A DNA stretch of 63,893 nucleotides, filler included, from Mitosporidium daphniae (Eukaryota): the NCBI RefSeq assembly GCF_000760515.2. It is 5 parts of 5 records of this genome, joined end to end, with 100 filler letters (N's around TTAATTAATTAA, not from the genome) between each part and the next. Parts side by side here need not be neighbours in the genome. Positions count along the whole stretch, not along the records: positions 13,364 to 26,483 come from NW_013546702.1; 4 more parts are not named here. One strand, given 5' to 3'. The position numbers and the translations under genes are program-made. Every line of letters starts with the position of its first letter. The first letter of the stretch is position 1. The notes below the pieces were generated by a model. The model ran no database searches. It was not told where the DNA came from and saw only the letters and a program-made list of their open reading frames with translations. Positions 13,364-25,639 of this stretch are shown piece by piece.

Positions 13364-15698
13364 CATACTCAGCAGCCATTTTCTCGTCAAGGTTGGCTTC
13401 TGCGGCCTCTTCCGAATTTAAGCCAAAATCCTCCATATTTGGGAACGAAAACATGGGATTTTCCTTTTGAGAAAATAAATCCTCCTGGGTTTCCTCACGT
13501 TTGCTTGTAGAGCTCAGTCCATATTTGGAACGCAGCATGTCTTCAATTGCCTGGGAAAACTCGGCAGGATTGGATATTTCGTACCCGGAATGCAAGAGGG
13601 CGGAGTAGTAGAGCAACTTCATATTCTTGTCCGACTCTTCGACGGGCTCTGAGGCGGAAACGACATCATCCAACATTGACTGGATTAAAGGATGCTCCGG
13701 ATTGATCTCAAGAATCTTTTTTTGCCCCAAATAGTATTGGGCCATAAAATCGTTCTTGTTTGCCTTTAAAAGCTTTTCCATTTGCGGAGAAATTCCATTG
13801 GCAGAGGCACTAATGGCAACGGGAGAACGGTCGAGATTACCGGATACAACCACCTTTTCGATGGTGGATGCAAAAAGCTTCTGCATATGAGCAGTCAATG
13901 GCTTGAACCTCTTTTGAGCTTCTTCTAGCTTCTGCTTTTCAGACTCGTCAGAAAGATTGACGCCCGATTTGGCAAGATTGCGGAGAACTTTTCCTTTATA
14001 GGTGGGAGTGGCCTGGACCAAGTATTCGTCAAAGGACTCATCCAAATACAGCACTTCATAGCCCTTCTTTATGGCCATCTCAATTTGGGGAAGCTTTCGC
14101 ATTTCTTTGACCGAACTGCCGGTGACAAAGTATATTTCGGTCTGCATTTCTGGCATTCTTGAGATATATTCATCCAGAAAGACACCGCTAACATTATGGG
14201 ACGACTTAAAGTGCAACAAAGGCACCAGGGAATCCTTGCGTTTTTGATCCTTCTCAACAATGATACCCAGCTTGATGTGGCCAGAATATTGCTTATAAAA
14301 CGGCTCGTACGCCGTGATGTTCTTTGACAGACTGTGAATAAGCCCAACCACTTTGTTAGCAAGATATTTGAAGACCGATTTGAGCGCCGTAAGGTCTTGT
14401 AAACTTTCACGAGACACGTTCAATGGAAGATCCTCTACATCAACGACCCCCCTAATAAATGACAAGTATCTGGGAAACATTTCGCCAAACTCATCGGTGA
14501 CAAACACTCTCTTCACATAAAGCTTGAGAAACTTGGGGATGTCTTCGCCAGAAAATGGCTGAAATGAGGGTGTCTTTGGAATGTAAATGAGGTATTGGAA
14601 GTCCACCGATGTTTTCAACGAAATGCTACCAGATCCTCTTTGATGTATTATGGGATCAGAGGATTCCTTAAATGTGGTCTTGTAAAAGGTGTTATACTGC
14701 TCAGCAGTGACACTTGAGGAAGAATCGGCCCAAATAGGCTTTTGTATGTTTACCTTTTCCGTGACAACTTCTTCAGATGTGACGGTTTTGGTGGTCTTTT
14801 TGGCCTTTGACTCATCGTCCTCTTCTTCAACTTTAATCTCCTCATCATGTGTTGAGGGTTTTTCTTCTTCCACGTCCAATGGAACCTCAGAAGTAACTGT
14901 TTTGTTGTAAACCAAATAGATTGGGTATGAGATATACTGAGAATACTCGATGATAAGTTCTTTCAAATAATCGGGATCAAGAAAGTCAAGCTTTTCCTGC
15001 TCATCATCAGCAAGTTCATCTGAAATGTCTCTCAACAATCTTTCGTCGGAAATGTGGAGGATGACCTTGGTGCCACTAGAGATGGGAAACGATCGCTCCA
15101 AGGGGTCATCGTCTTTAATCTCTTTAATCGTATAATTTCCATCGTTAATATTGCAATTCCACACATATTTTTTGTGCGCTGTACCGTCAGAAGAGTGCTT
15201 TTTAGAAACAACAGTAACCGTGTCCGCAACAATAAATGCAGAATAGAACCCAAGTCCAAATTGACCAATAAGCTCTGAATGGGTCGAGGAATTTGTTGCC
15301 TTTATTTGTTGCATTTTTTCTTTGGTTCCCGATTTGGCAAAGGTGCCAAGATTTGCTCGCATATCTACGTCGTCCATACCACATCCCGTGTCAATGAACA
15401 TCAATTCCTTCTTGATGGGGTTGCAAATCACCGAAACTTTGTATTCTTCGGTGGAGCCTCCGCCAAGAGTAAGTGATGACAATCTTTTAATGTTAAGGGC
15501 ATCTGCAGCATTGGAAAGGAGCTCCCTAATGAAATCTGATGGCTTCTTGTAGATTGATCTGCTAAATATGGAAAGAAGATCTTTGGCATTAGATTGGAAG
15601 TTATGGATATCAGCCTCTGCTGCAGAAGAAAACGTAGCCGCAGCAAACAAGCAGGTGACAATGAAGAGATTGAGAACGATAAAGTGCAAGAACTTCAT
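13364..15698 (-). CDS. HSP90B1: Endoplasmin / GRP94 (ER Hsp90); C-terminus lost in gap
   Basis: Signal peptide, FIRELLSNAADAL, NLGTFAKSGT, IGQFGLGFYSAF, LPLNVSRESLQ, KKILEINPEHPLI. Confidence 0.93.
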
Positions 15699-15872
15699 TT
15701 GAGCAAAAAATCAACGATTTGATGGATTTAAGTTACCGATGCTTCTAGAAATTTCCTTGATTAAATTTAATGGTGTTAATTAAAATCTAATACCCTTACG
15801 TTAATTTAGGGACAATTGACCAATGATGTTTTTATTAAAATGGCATAAGTGTCTTTTTTCATTTTTTCAAAA

Positions 15873-16634
15873 ATGAATAGTTCCCTTTTGAAGTCAATTG
15901 AAAAAGGAAAATCATTAAAAAAGACAAAAACGAATGACAGGTCTGCTCCGATTGTTGAAGGGGCAACAGTAGCCATTGGATCCGCAGTTGCCTCCAATTC
16001 CAGCAGCATAGCTTCTGCTGGAAACAGTATCATTGAAGACCACCCACCTGTTTCTCTTGGCGGACTATTCCAAGGCGGAATGCCAACCCTTCGTAAAGTC
16101 GGGTCTGAAACTTCGAAAGTATTGCCTAAAATGGAAAAGAAAATGCCTTCGCAGCCTCCACCCCCTGCTCCACCCAAGATGCCAAGCATGGCCCCCGCTC
16201 CACCCAAGATACCAAGCATGGCCCCCGCTCCACCCAGAATGCCAAGCATGGCCCCCGCTCCACCCAGAATGCCAAGCACATCTCCAGTTAAACCTCTTTC
16301 TGATTCAATACCACAGCCACCTCCCATGTTGCCCGAAAAGCATGGCCCTTCAACCTTCAACTCATCTCATCTTGGAAGAAGTCAGCCCTTAGCTTCAATT
16401 TCCAACGTCACAACACAGTCATTACCTCCATCCAGATCGGCAGCACATGCATTTTCTTCGGAATATAAAGAACCGTCAAGAGATACATCAGCCACGATGG
16501 AAAGATTTTCTGCCATGGAAATCGGAGGGTCGTCTTTTAATCTATCGACCATAAATTTGACCTTTCCAAAAGTTCTCCCCAACCCGCGTCAATTTCCTAA
16601 ACAGTCTAAAAAGAAGTCCTTTTTGGGATTTTAG
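15873..16634 (+). CDS. VRP1: Verprolin/WIP-like actin regulator
   Basis: WH2 LLKSIEKGKSLKKTKTNDRSAP, second motif LGGLFQGGMPTLRKV, Pro-rich 30-nt repeats (PSMAPAPPRM) at about 16165-16278. Confidence 0.85.
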   Translation: MNSSLLKSIEKGKSLKKTKTNDRSAPIVEGATVAIGSAVASNSSSIASAGNSIIEDHPPVSLGGLFQGGMPTLRKVGSETSKVLPKMEKKMPSQPPPPAPPKMPSMAPAPPKIPSMAPAPPRMPSMAPAPPRMPSTSPVKPLSDSIPQPPPMLPEKHGPSTFNSSHLGRSQPLASISNVTTQSLPPSRSAAHAFSSEYKEPSRDTSATMERFSAMEIGGSSFNLSTINLTFPKVLPNPRQFPKQSKKKSFLGF

Positions 16635-16683
16635 CAACCCACTTGTATTGAATAAATTGTATCGTTGCAATGATATGTTTATT

Positions 16684-17193
16684 CTAATAGTAATATCCAT
16701 AATCTCTCTCGCGATAGCGATACGGGTCATCATAAGATTCCATATCGTGGTGGTGATCGCGATCAGGCCGAGAAGGGTCGTCATGATAGCCTCGTATAGC
16801 TTCAATATCAAATCGGCCTCGTTCCCTAGCTCCATATGTGCCGTCAAAATCGTCGCGCTCCCTAGCCCCATATGGACCATCAAAATCGTCGCGCTCCCTA
16901 GCCCCATATGGACCATCAAAATCGTCGCGATCTCTAGCCCCATATGGGCCGTCAAACTGATCGTAGCCTTTGGCGCCACGGCCAGTGCAGCCTCTTCTTT
17001 CGCGGTAAGGGCAACGTGGATCTTCTCGCTCTCGTTCCTTGGCACCCAACTTGATCTTACCAGCGTGTGCCACGCTTCCGCATGCAGAAGCAGTATCGGG
17101 ATCTGAATTTTCGTGGATACTGCCATCGGCCAAGCATACCTGACCTAAAACGGAGAGCAATAGAGAGGAAGCGAGGATTGTTTTGAATATCAT
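16684..17193 (-). CDS. Secreted repeat-containing protein, paralog A (169 aa)
   Basis: Signal peptide MIFKTILASSLLLSVLGQVCLA; 36-nt repeats encoding (E/D)RDDFDGPYGAR; ends ERDYGYYY; clear paralog at 25129-25488. Confidence 0.85.
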   Translation of the reverse strand: MIFKTILASSLLLSVLGQVCLADGSIHENSDPDTASACGSVAHAGKIKLGAKEREREDPRCPYRERRGCTGRGAKGYDQFDGPYGARDRDDFDGPYGARERDDFDGPYGARERDDFDGTYGARERGRFDIEAIRGYHDDPSRPDRDHHHDMESYDDPYRYRERDYGYYY

Positions 17194-17247
17194 GTGTGTG
17201 TGTGTGTGTGTGCGTGTGCGTCCGTGTACGTCTCGATCCGTGGAAAG

Positions 17248-17292
17248 CCCCAATTTATAGGGCCAAGTCATCTCTCAATTGCGAAATTTATC
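17248..17292 (-). promoter_or_regulatory. Conserved TATA-containing promoter block of paralog A
   Basis: 44/45 nt identical to 25522-25566; reads ...ggccCTATAAATtgggg on the - strand. Confidence 0.8.
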
Positions 17293-17377
17293 CGTAATCG
17301 AGCATGAATGACACTAGATCTAAATGTCATACTGTGTACTCAGTTAAACGAATATCTCAAGTTAATCCCAAGATAAT

Positions 17378-18285
17378 TTATGAGTATCGCTTGATCACAA
17401 TTTCCTTCAATCGGATCTGGATCTCTGAAGCGGCCTTTTCGGCAGCTTGAGTCATCTGAGCGAGTTCGGAGAGCGAGATTCTTGACTCCAAGTGGCAAAA
17501 GGCCATTTCATTTTTCCTCGGCAAAAATGCACATGTCAAAACCGGCAGCATATATCCAAGCTCTTCCTGCCCTGAAATATCTACAATAGGTAAGTATTCC
17601 CTCGCCAATAGCTGCTGAGCTTGCCCTGCCTTGCCTGCAGTCATCGTAGATGCAGAGGGAAGGGTTGCCAGCCCCACACTAACGGCGCAAATGACATCTA
17701 ACATTGGAAGGCCCGCATCCATCAGGGCAAGTGAAATGGCATTTGTAACGCAGGAAAGGACCGAGCCGTCAGAAGAGAGAACATTTACATGGACATCAAT
17801 ATGAGCATTTGGAAGAGCCGATGCTATGATTGCATTCTCCAAGCAATCTTTGATGGCTGAAATGAAGGAGATTATTCTTCTATCTGGGGCAGATTTTGCT
17901 TGAAACCTCGCCGATGAGCCCTCTTTTACGAGATGGTTTAGCAGCCGAGGCCTGGATCTTTGCTCGGCGTCGCTAAAAGTGGCCGTGTTCCAGGAAATAT
18001 TGACCGAAACTTTTGGCTTCAAATAGGATGATTTGGAGGACTCTGTTGCACCCTTAAATTAGACCATTAAACCGACAACGAACCTCTTTAGGCCCTATTA
18101 TGGTAACAAGAACCTTGGTTTGGCCCTGGGAAAGATAGGCGCTTCCATCGGCTGTGGATACAACCCCGACCAGACCATCCCATCTCCGAAGGTCTTCTGC
18201 AGAACGCCCATCAAGACGGAGGCCTATGCGGCGTAAGTGAAAGGGCCAATTTACCCTCTTCAGAGACCAAATCCTTTCGAGCCAT
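17378..18285 (-). CDS. SKI6: Exosome complex component Rrp41, spliced
   Basis: MARKDLVSEEG/LRLDGRSAEDLRR, ADGSAYLSQGQTKVL, IDVHVNVLSSDGS, NAISLALMDAGLPM. Confidence 0.9.
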
Positions 18286-18329
18286 GATTTGTAATTAAAA
18301 TTGGAAATTCACAAAAATATTTTGGACAA

Positions 18330-19081
18330 ATGATTATTTACCCCTTTCTTGCGGCTCTTTCGGCCATCATTCCGGTGTTTTGTTTGCATTCGGCGCTGTC
18401 CTCGCCATCGCTCGACTATGTTACACTTTCTGACTTCAACTACCTTAACCTAACATGCTTAAACAGCTCAACACCCTTGATTTTTAAGAGCGAACACGGA
18501 TATTATCGTTTGGCAAACTTTGTCGTATCCAAAGATGATTCTTCGGTCTTGCTGAAAGATGTTGCTCTTGTGCCCAGTAAAAGCTCGCAATCTTTGATGT
18601 TTTCGTCGCCCTCTTTTGACACCATCGTTAGGATCCGGCTGCTTTGCACAAATCAAAGCGATTTGATTCCTTCTGTGCTTTCAGATGCGCCTGAGAATTT
18701 AACAATAGACTTTTCACTATCTTCTTCGCTGGTCTGTCCAATTCAGTAATTTTACCAATACTGGACCACTTTAGGGAGCCATCAGCGTCCATCGATGCAG
18801 ACGCCGATACAAGCGGATTTTTCTCAAATTTGCTCTTATTGTAAAATGCTTCCTATTATATTTTTAGAACTATTGTCCTTTTCCTGGCTTATGTAGTATT
18901 GGGATACGTCTACAATAGCAATGTGTATGGCCTGACTGGAATATGCGCGCTGCCTCATTCTGAATTCTGGAACGTTCAAAGAACAAATTTCATTGTAATC
19001 CCCGATTCTGTTTATAATGTGTAGCGCCTTATCAATCCAGAAAATGGAAATGGCAGTGCCAATAATGGAACTAATGTTTAA
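18330..19081 (+). CDS. Atg27/mannose-6-phosphate-receptor-like type I membrane protein, spliced
   Basis: Signal peptide, IRLLC...SSSLVCP lumenal motif, TM then YVVLGYVYNSNVYGLTGICALPHSEFW. Confidence 0.7.
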
Positions 19082-19090
19082 TAATAAAAT

Positions 19091-20137
19091 TTAAAAAATG
19101 GAGCTAGCCTCCTTAAGCTCCTTGGGTGTCTTTTGCGCCGCCTTGAGCAGCCCATCTGCGTAGTGTAAAGTATTTGACTGTTCATATTCAAGGATATCCA
19201 GTGCAATCAAACAGCTTTCTCTGACAACATCCTCAGGATCGTTGATAAATGGCCTAAGTGCCTCTAAAGCTTCGTCGGTTGCAACAGCACCAAGGGCCTC
19301 GGCACATTCATGACGCACCATTGGAAGCTCATCAATGCGCCCAAGTATTGTGGATAGGGCTGATANAGATGCCGGATGTTGACGTTGTCCCAAAACATAC
19401 GCAATTTCGTGTCTAAACAGCGCAGAACTCTTATCAGACACGAGCGAATTGCAAAGAACCTCAACGGCAGCAAGCGAGATCTCCTCAGAAGAAGCTGTTG
19501 CTCCAATCACTCCGGCATTTCGTAAAGCAAACATGGCAGCATACCTGTCGTAAAGACTTGCCGATTCATCATTAAGTGTAGCCTCTAGCTTTGGGATGTC
19601 GTCCATCGTTGGGGAAGCAATAGACGGCACCGCCGGATCAATTGATGCAAATGGAAGCACCGGTGGAGATATTAGCGGGCCATGGTCAGGGTGGCTATGA
19701 TCCCCTATCCGCTGCAGCCGATCAATGGCAAGGCAGCATGTTTCTTTTACCGACACATTCTCATCCTCAGCATTGGCGAAAGAATGCAAGATGGGCAGAC
19801 AGGATATGTCTCCAATGGCACCCATGGCTTCTGCAGCCTCGTGGCGGACCATAGGATTTTCGGTTTTATTTTGCAGCACCTCAATTAACGTGGGAACGGC
19901 CGACGTTAGCCGCATTTGTCCCAAAACGTAAGCAAGCTCGTGCTTTAGCAGAGCTGAATTATCAGCAAAAGCCTTGCTGATGATCGCAACGCTTCGATCA
20001 TTAGCCAAATGCTTGAGCGTAAAAAGTGCTCTGAATCGATCTTGAAGGGAGACTCTTTTGTTGGCATTCAATAAATCATTTTCAAGGCACACGTATGTGG
20101 AATCGTTAGCTTCAACCGGAATTTGGAAACACTCCAT
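19091..20137 (-). CDS. DOHH: Deoxyhypusine hydroxylase
   Basis: RFRALFTLK and four HE motifs: [42 protein letters not shown]. Confidence 0.96.
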   Translation of the reverse strand: MECFQIPVEANDSTYVCLENDLLNANKRVSLQDRFRALFTLKHLANDRSVAIISKAFADNSALLKHELAYVLGQMRLTSAVPTLIEVLQNKTENPMVRHEAAEAMGAIGDISCLPILHSFANAEDENVSVKETCCLAIDRLQRIGDHSHPDHGPLISPPVLPFASIDPAVPSIASPTMDDIPKLEATLNDESASLYDRYAAMFALRNAGVIGATASSEEISLAAVEVLCNSLVSDKSSALFRHEIAYVLGQRQHPASXSALSTILGRIDELPMVRHECAEALGAVATDEALEALRPFINDPEDVVRESCLIALDILEYEQSNTLHYADGLLKAAQKTPKELKEASSIF

Positions 20138-20203
20138 TTTGAAAAAATGAATTTTAAATTTTATGCATTTCACATTCTAATTTATTTTCAATTTTATTTC
20201 TCA

Positions 20204-21350
20204 ATGTCAAAAAATATATCTAGCTCCACGGGAGCAGAAATTACCGGTGTGGAATCGGAACACTCTAACTCTCAAGACAATTATTTAGAATCAGATCAAT
20301 CGGCTCTAAACGCCGCCCAAACAAAGTGGGAAACATGTGTCGTCGATGCCAAGGAGCTCACAAAGGAGATCGCTGCATTGGTGGTATTTTTCAATCTTTC
20401 CATTTTTAGGCTCGGGTGCATGATCTCAAAGCAAATCAGTCAAAAATATATGCTGAAGAAGCTGCCTGTTTAAATGAGCTTTCCAAGAACAAAAAACTCG
20501 TCTCCGAGCTTTACAATAATATCAAGGCAATTACTGATTTTGAGTCCAAAAATGAGCTGCTCATTACTGCGGAAAACATTTCAACAGAACTTGCAAATCT
20601 TTCGCACATGTTTCCACACGAGCCATCGTAATGCACTGCCCTTTAACCGATTTTAGGCTCGTGCTCAAGTGGTCCCTTGGAAATGCACAGTTTGGACTGC
20701 CCGAATCTAGAAAGCTCAAATACAAGACCGAATATGAGAATTTTAAGCTCAAGCTGACGCTTTTCAGCTTGGTCCTTTCGATCCTAAACCTCTGGATGAT
20801 AGATTTCATTCCAATCAACATTGTCCATTCGTTCTGCTCCCTGTATTTTTACGCAACCATTACGCTGCGGGAGCATATCTTGCAAGTAAACGGGTCTAGG
20901 ATTCGAATTTGGTGGATCTTTCATCATTATCTCAGCATAATACTTACCGGAACCTTACTGATCTGGCCGTGGGGCCAATCTTTTGTTCTTTACAGGCCAT
21001 GCTTCCTGTTGAGCTGCATTTACATGGCCGCCATTCAATACCTCCAGTATAGATATCAAATGACCAGATTGTATGCGCTTAGAGCGCTCTCCAAAATCGG
21101 ACCCATGGAGGTGACAACGGATTCTGCCCAAGTGCATGTTCGGAACAACTTGGCTTTTTTGCTCCCCTTTCTTTTAATAGGACACATGATTCAATTGTAC
21201 AATGTTTATTATCTCTACCAATTGTGGCTCATGCCCAATTCCACAGAATGGCAGATCGTTGTGGTGGCGCTTGTATTCTTACTGCTCGCCCTTGGTAATA
21301 TAAGCACTACCTTGCTGACTTTCTATCAAAAGCTTCAAAACAACAAATAA
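20204..21350 (+). CDS. TMEM120: TMEM120/TMPIT-family membrane protein, spliced
   Basis: N-terminal coiled coil, YKTEYENFKLKLT, TITLREHILQVNGSRIRIWWIFHHYLS, QYLQYRYQ. Confidence 0.92.
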
Positions 21351-21592
21351 ACCTTTCCGATATCTTGTCCTTTGTGGCATTGATGCACACCAGCATCAAC
21401 TCCACTTAAAGTGCAATTTTATATTTTATTGGGCTGCAAAAGCAACATCCAAGTTGGCAGGTCATCCAAAGCCTTGCGGTGGGTTAGGGTTTCAGATTTA
21501 ATTAAATAACTGGACCGTTTGTGACCAGAAACCACAAATTAAAATTGTGCTATTTTAATTCTTTTACAAGTTTGGAGCAATTATTGCGGTGA

Positions 21593-23940
21593 ATGGATGG
21601 CTCAGCACATCAGACCGGAAGGGGCTCCAATCCTAAAAAGTCGCCTCTTCGCAAGCGGATATTTTCACGTAGGGATTATGGAGGTTTACCCTTGTAGGTT
21701 CAGGGCACGGCGTTAAAAGATCTGCCGTTTCTCTTGAGGAAAATGGTGCTGCCTGTCCCTCTTTCCTCGACATCGAGATTCCTTTTGATTGGGAGGGAGA
21801 TGACGGACTCGAACCAAGCCTAGATGGTGCTTTTGAATGTTACGTCGATCCCTCTTCTAATCGACGTGGCGATTTGAGCGAGGCCTTTATCCCCCTGCCC
21901 GGATTTTCCAAATATTCTTCTCGTCATTACTCTCAGGACGATAGCAACAACATCATTCCCGATTTTAATTATCAATGGAGATCGATTCTTTGGCTCCTGA
22001 TATGTTCGGCTTTTCTTTTAGGCCCTGCCTTGGTGTTAAATGTAGTTGACAATGAATGGATTCAAGGCGCGTCTATTTTGCAACTTTATAAACGGTTTTC
22101 TTTCTTGGCTTTTTTTTTCCAATTTTGTCTGATATTCTACTTTTTCCTTTGGTTGCTAATCAATTATTTGATCAACATCGCATACAAGGCCACACACGAG
22201 CATTATTTTGGCGCCTCCAAAGAAAATCGTGACGATGGTTTGAAAAAAAACAGCGCCACCAATGGAAGAGCTAGTGCTTTCAAGTATTCCATGGTATTCT
22301 CAATTTTGAAGCCACAAACTTCCGAGATTGTGATGATGTCTAAAAACTCGATTTTCTTGTTCATCTTCATTGCAAGCATATCGGTTGTGTTCAAGTTTTA
22401 CTGTTACATTTACTACTCCTCACAATACTGGGCCAAATCCATTGCTACCCTGATGATCAATAAGGCTCTCAATGAAGTTCTAATGGTAATCACCATCATC
22501 ACCATTCAGCGTATAATCTTTTCCAAGATCGTTTCTGATTTCTATTTGACAGTCTATTCTGAGCGTCTGATGGATTTATGCTTTGCCATTCAAGCCATTA
22601 GAAGGCTTTTAACGCACGCTGTAGATGCAAATCAGCATGGCCGATTTTGCCACCGAAACTGCCACAGCTCTACCCCTAAGCCCCGAAAGATAAGCTCGAA
22701 GAGCAAATCTTTGGCATTGATTTCTTCATATTATAGAAGGAATATGAGGGCAAAGGCCGTGGAGGGCCAAGACGAGCCCATCGAACCGATAATATCGTCT
22801 TATTCCCAGTTTCGGCAGCTTTTGCTGAAAAGCGCTCAATTTGAGGGCATAATTGACAGCAAGGGAGCAGCAAAAAAGACTGCACAGCTGATTTACGAAC
22901 ATTTTTACATCCCCTCCAAAGATAAGCTTATGCCCAATAAGCTTTCGAAAGGCAAAAGGAAATACCCCATCTATTCCTCTTCTTCCGAACATGCTTCTCC
23001 CCGACTTGTGTATTTGCCTCTTGATGCAGAAATCAGCAGAGGAAATTTCAGTAACATTTTCAACCCGGCAGATGAGGAAAAGCTATTCAATTTGCTTGAA
23101 TTGTCTGAAAACTCAACCATTTCTCCTCTTGAGTTCAAAATTGCTCTTCTCAAGCTGTCTCTTGAGAAAGAGGCGCTTTCAAAAAACCTTCTTGACCATG
23201 GAAGTGCCGTTGAAAAGCTGGACCATTTATGCTCGTTTGTCATCCTTACAATCATCATCATTCTGACTCCGCTTGTTATTGGATTGCCAGTGAAGGAGCT
23301 TTTTGCTACGCTTGGCGGCCTCTTTAGTCTTTCGTTTGTATTTGGAAACTCCTCGGCCGTTCTGTTCAATTCGATTGTTTTTATCTTCATCACGCATCCA
23401 TTTGACGTGGGCGATCGGATTTTTGTATTTTCAGATACGTACTTTGTTCACGAAGTTGGGATCTATTACACGGTGTTGCAAACAGTTGACGGCCTGCTGG
23501 TTTATGCACCCAATTCCCTGTTGATTGAGCAGCACATTGTAAATGTTAAGCGATCAAGGAACATGATCGAATGGATAGATATTGTAATTGATTATGACAC
23601 CCCGACGGAAAAAATTGCCTCATTGGCATCCAAAGTCCGCTCCATTATTGAGAGCGAAGGCAAGGATTTTGAACTCGACTACTACCAGCTTGATCTCATC
23701 CAAAAGGGGTCCGAAAATTCCCACTCCTCGCTGATCAAGTGCGTAGAGGTTATTGGGTGCAGGAACTTTCGGTTGGGAATTGCACTATGCCACAAGTTTA
23801 ATTTCCAGGATGGATTTAAGCGCGTATATCGACACTCAAAGTTCATGAAGGCCGTGCACGAAGCGCTGAAGGAGTTGTCGATCGTGTATTATCCCCCTCG
23901 CCTTAGGCTTGGACACGACCCCGATCTTTGGATTAAATAG
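21593..23940 (+). CDS. MscS-like mechanosensitive channel (fungal Msy1/2 type), intron 21669-21697
   Basis: Multiple TMs, EF-hand-like ELSENSTISPLEF, core SIVFIFITHPFDVGDRI...YAPNSLL...NVKRS. Confidence 0.9.
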
Positions 23941-24019
23941 TTAAAACCCTCGAAATTACAAATGCACTTCCCAAAGGCACCCCGCCAAAAACAGGCAAGC
24001 AATGCAATCCGGTTTATTG

Positions 24020-25032
24020 TCATTTGGATGACTTGACAAACGTCCTTCCCGTCATGGTGGTCAATTTCTTTTCAACCGGCTCGATCTTGGCTCTATTTAG
24101 CACCTGGATGAAATCGCCAACCCTTGCCCTCTCTCTTGTATGAATGGAGGCCTTTAATGCCTTGATGTGGTAGTGAAAATAATTTCTAAAGGTCTGTATC
24201 AGGGAAAGCGCATTTTCTCTACGCTCTCCGCTCGTGTAATGGCGGGGAAATAAAACTATCGAAATGTAACCATTTTGTTCAGAGGAACATTCTTGCAAAG
24301 GCAGAGGATCCAGGTTATCCAGCTCAGAGGGAGCTGATTTGGAGAAAATGATTTGAGGCGAGTTTTGCAAATGGGGCAACTTTCGGGCATCAACAAATTC
24401 CTAACACATAACGTGATCGCAGCGACGCTTACTTGGATGAAAACTTTTGCGATAATGGTATCGTCGTTTCCCTTAAACCTCAGCTGGAAGATTGCAACAA
24501 TTCGATCAGAATATGGCTTGATAAAAACATATTCGTCTGGACGATATGCAAACATAAATGGCTTTTGGCTGTTCTGGCAATCAGACTCTTGCAATGAGAT
24601 CGCATGGTAAAAGGGGATGGAAAACAGATTTCTTTTCAATAAAGATATGTTCTCAATAGCCTTAGCATTGTCGGCATCCAGATCGAGCTCAAAATTTAAA
24701 GACAACGAAAAGCTTATCGGGTCCAGTGAAATGTCGCTGGCGTGCGGATAAAACTTTTTCATCTCTGCAGGGATGGAAAAAAGCTTATTCAGCTGCTCAA
24801 CGCACGGTGCAGAAATAGACACCAAAATGGATATGTTGTTGGCCTTTTCCTCTGCATTCAACTGATACATGACCTGATCAAAGTCACAGAACGCATGGCT
24901 TATAGGCAAAAGCGGCAGAGAATTCAGCAGCGAATCCTTTGCATTTCTAAAGATTACCAACAGCACCTACTTGAGGAAATCGGTCAGAACATTGATGATG
25001 ATAAAGTTTTTCACATCAAGAAGCGCTGTCAT
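24020..25032 (-). CDS. ARPC2: Arp2/3 complex 34-kDa subunit, spliced
   Basis: FCDFDQVMY, ISLLKRN, DDTIIAKVFIQ/EF, GYISIVLFPRH, FRNYFHYHIKALKASIHTRER, TMTGRTF. Confidence 0.95.
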
Positions 25033-25128
25033 TTGAAAATTTAGTAGCTTCAAAAGTGTACTTTTTGTAAATAAATTGCAAGTTTTTATTAGACGGCTAA
25101 GGATGAATAAAACTCTCGGCCGTAAATG

Positions 25129-25488
25129 TTAGTAATAGTAGCCATAGTATCTCTCGCGGTGGCGATATGGTTCCTCGTAATATCTTCTACCATGGTGATG
25201 ATGGTGACGGTGGTGGTAGCCTCCTGTGGCTTCAAGCTCAAGGGCGCGGCTTCGCGATCTGTATGGACCGTCAAAACCATCGCAGCCTCTTCTTTCGCGA
25301 TAAGGACGACGGAAACCCTCTCGCTCTCGCTCTTCAACTTTCAGTCTAAAATCATCGGCACCTGCAACGTTTCCGGGCGCAGAAGCAGTATCGACATCCG
25401 AACTTTCGTGGATGGTGCCATCGGCCAAGCACACCTGGCCCAAGGCTGAGAGTAAGAGAGAGGAAGCGAGGATTGTTTTGAATATCAT
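25129..25488 (-). CDS. Secreted protein, paralog B (119 aa)
   Basis: Signal peptide MIFKTILASSLLLSALGQVCLA, single FDGPY core, His-rich tract, ends ERYYGYYY. Confidence 0.85.
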   Translation of the reverse strand: MIFKTILASSLLLSALGQVCLADGTIHESSDVDTASAPGNVAGADDFRLKVEEREREGFRRPYRERRGCDGFDGPYRSRSRALELEATGGYHHRHHHHHGRRYYEEPYRHRERYYGYYY

Positions 25489-25521
25489 GTGTATGCGTGT
25501 GTCGGTCGATCTGCGCCAAGC

Positions 25522-25566
25522 CCCCAATTTATAGGGCCAAGTCACCTCTCAATTGCGAAATTTATC
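25522..25566 (-). promoter_or_regulatory. Conserved TATA-containing promoter block of paralog B
   Basis: 44/45 nt identical to 17248-17292. Confidence 0.8.
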
Positions 25567-25639
25567 AGCAATCAAGCGCTAACGGGATGTGTTTCACGCA
25601 CATTGAAAGGTTTTATTGTCAATTAATAAATGGCCGTCA

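Noticed and set aside
16648..17106. Antisense hydrophobic repeat ORF (IVALPSPIWT), and the equivalent at 25126-25449
   Set aside because: Shadow of the - strand genes, which have the ATG, signal peptide and conserved TATA promoter.
21482..21491. GGTTAGGGTT as telomeric sequence
   Set aside because: Single copy in a promoter region; at most a transcription-factor site.
15873..25488. Functional cluster of verprolin, ARPC2 and the two secreted paralogs
   Set aside because: Intervening genes are unrelated; adjacency is plausible by chance without synteny data.
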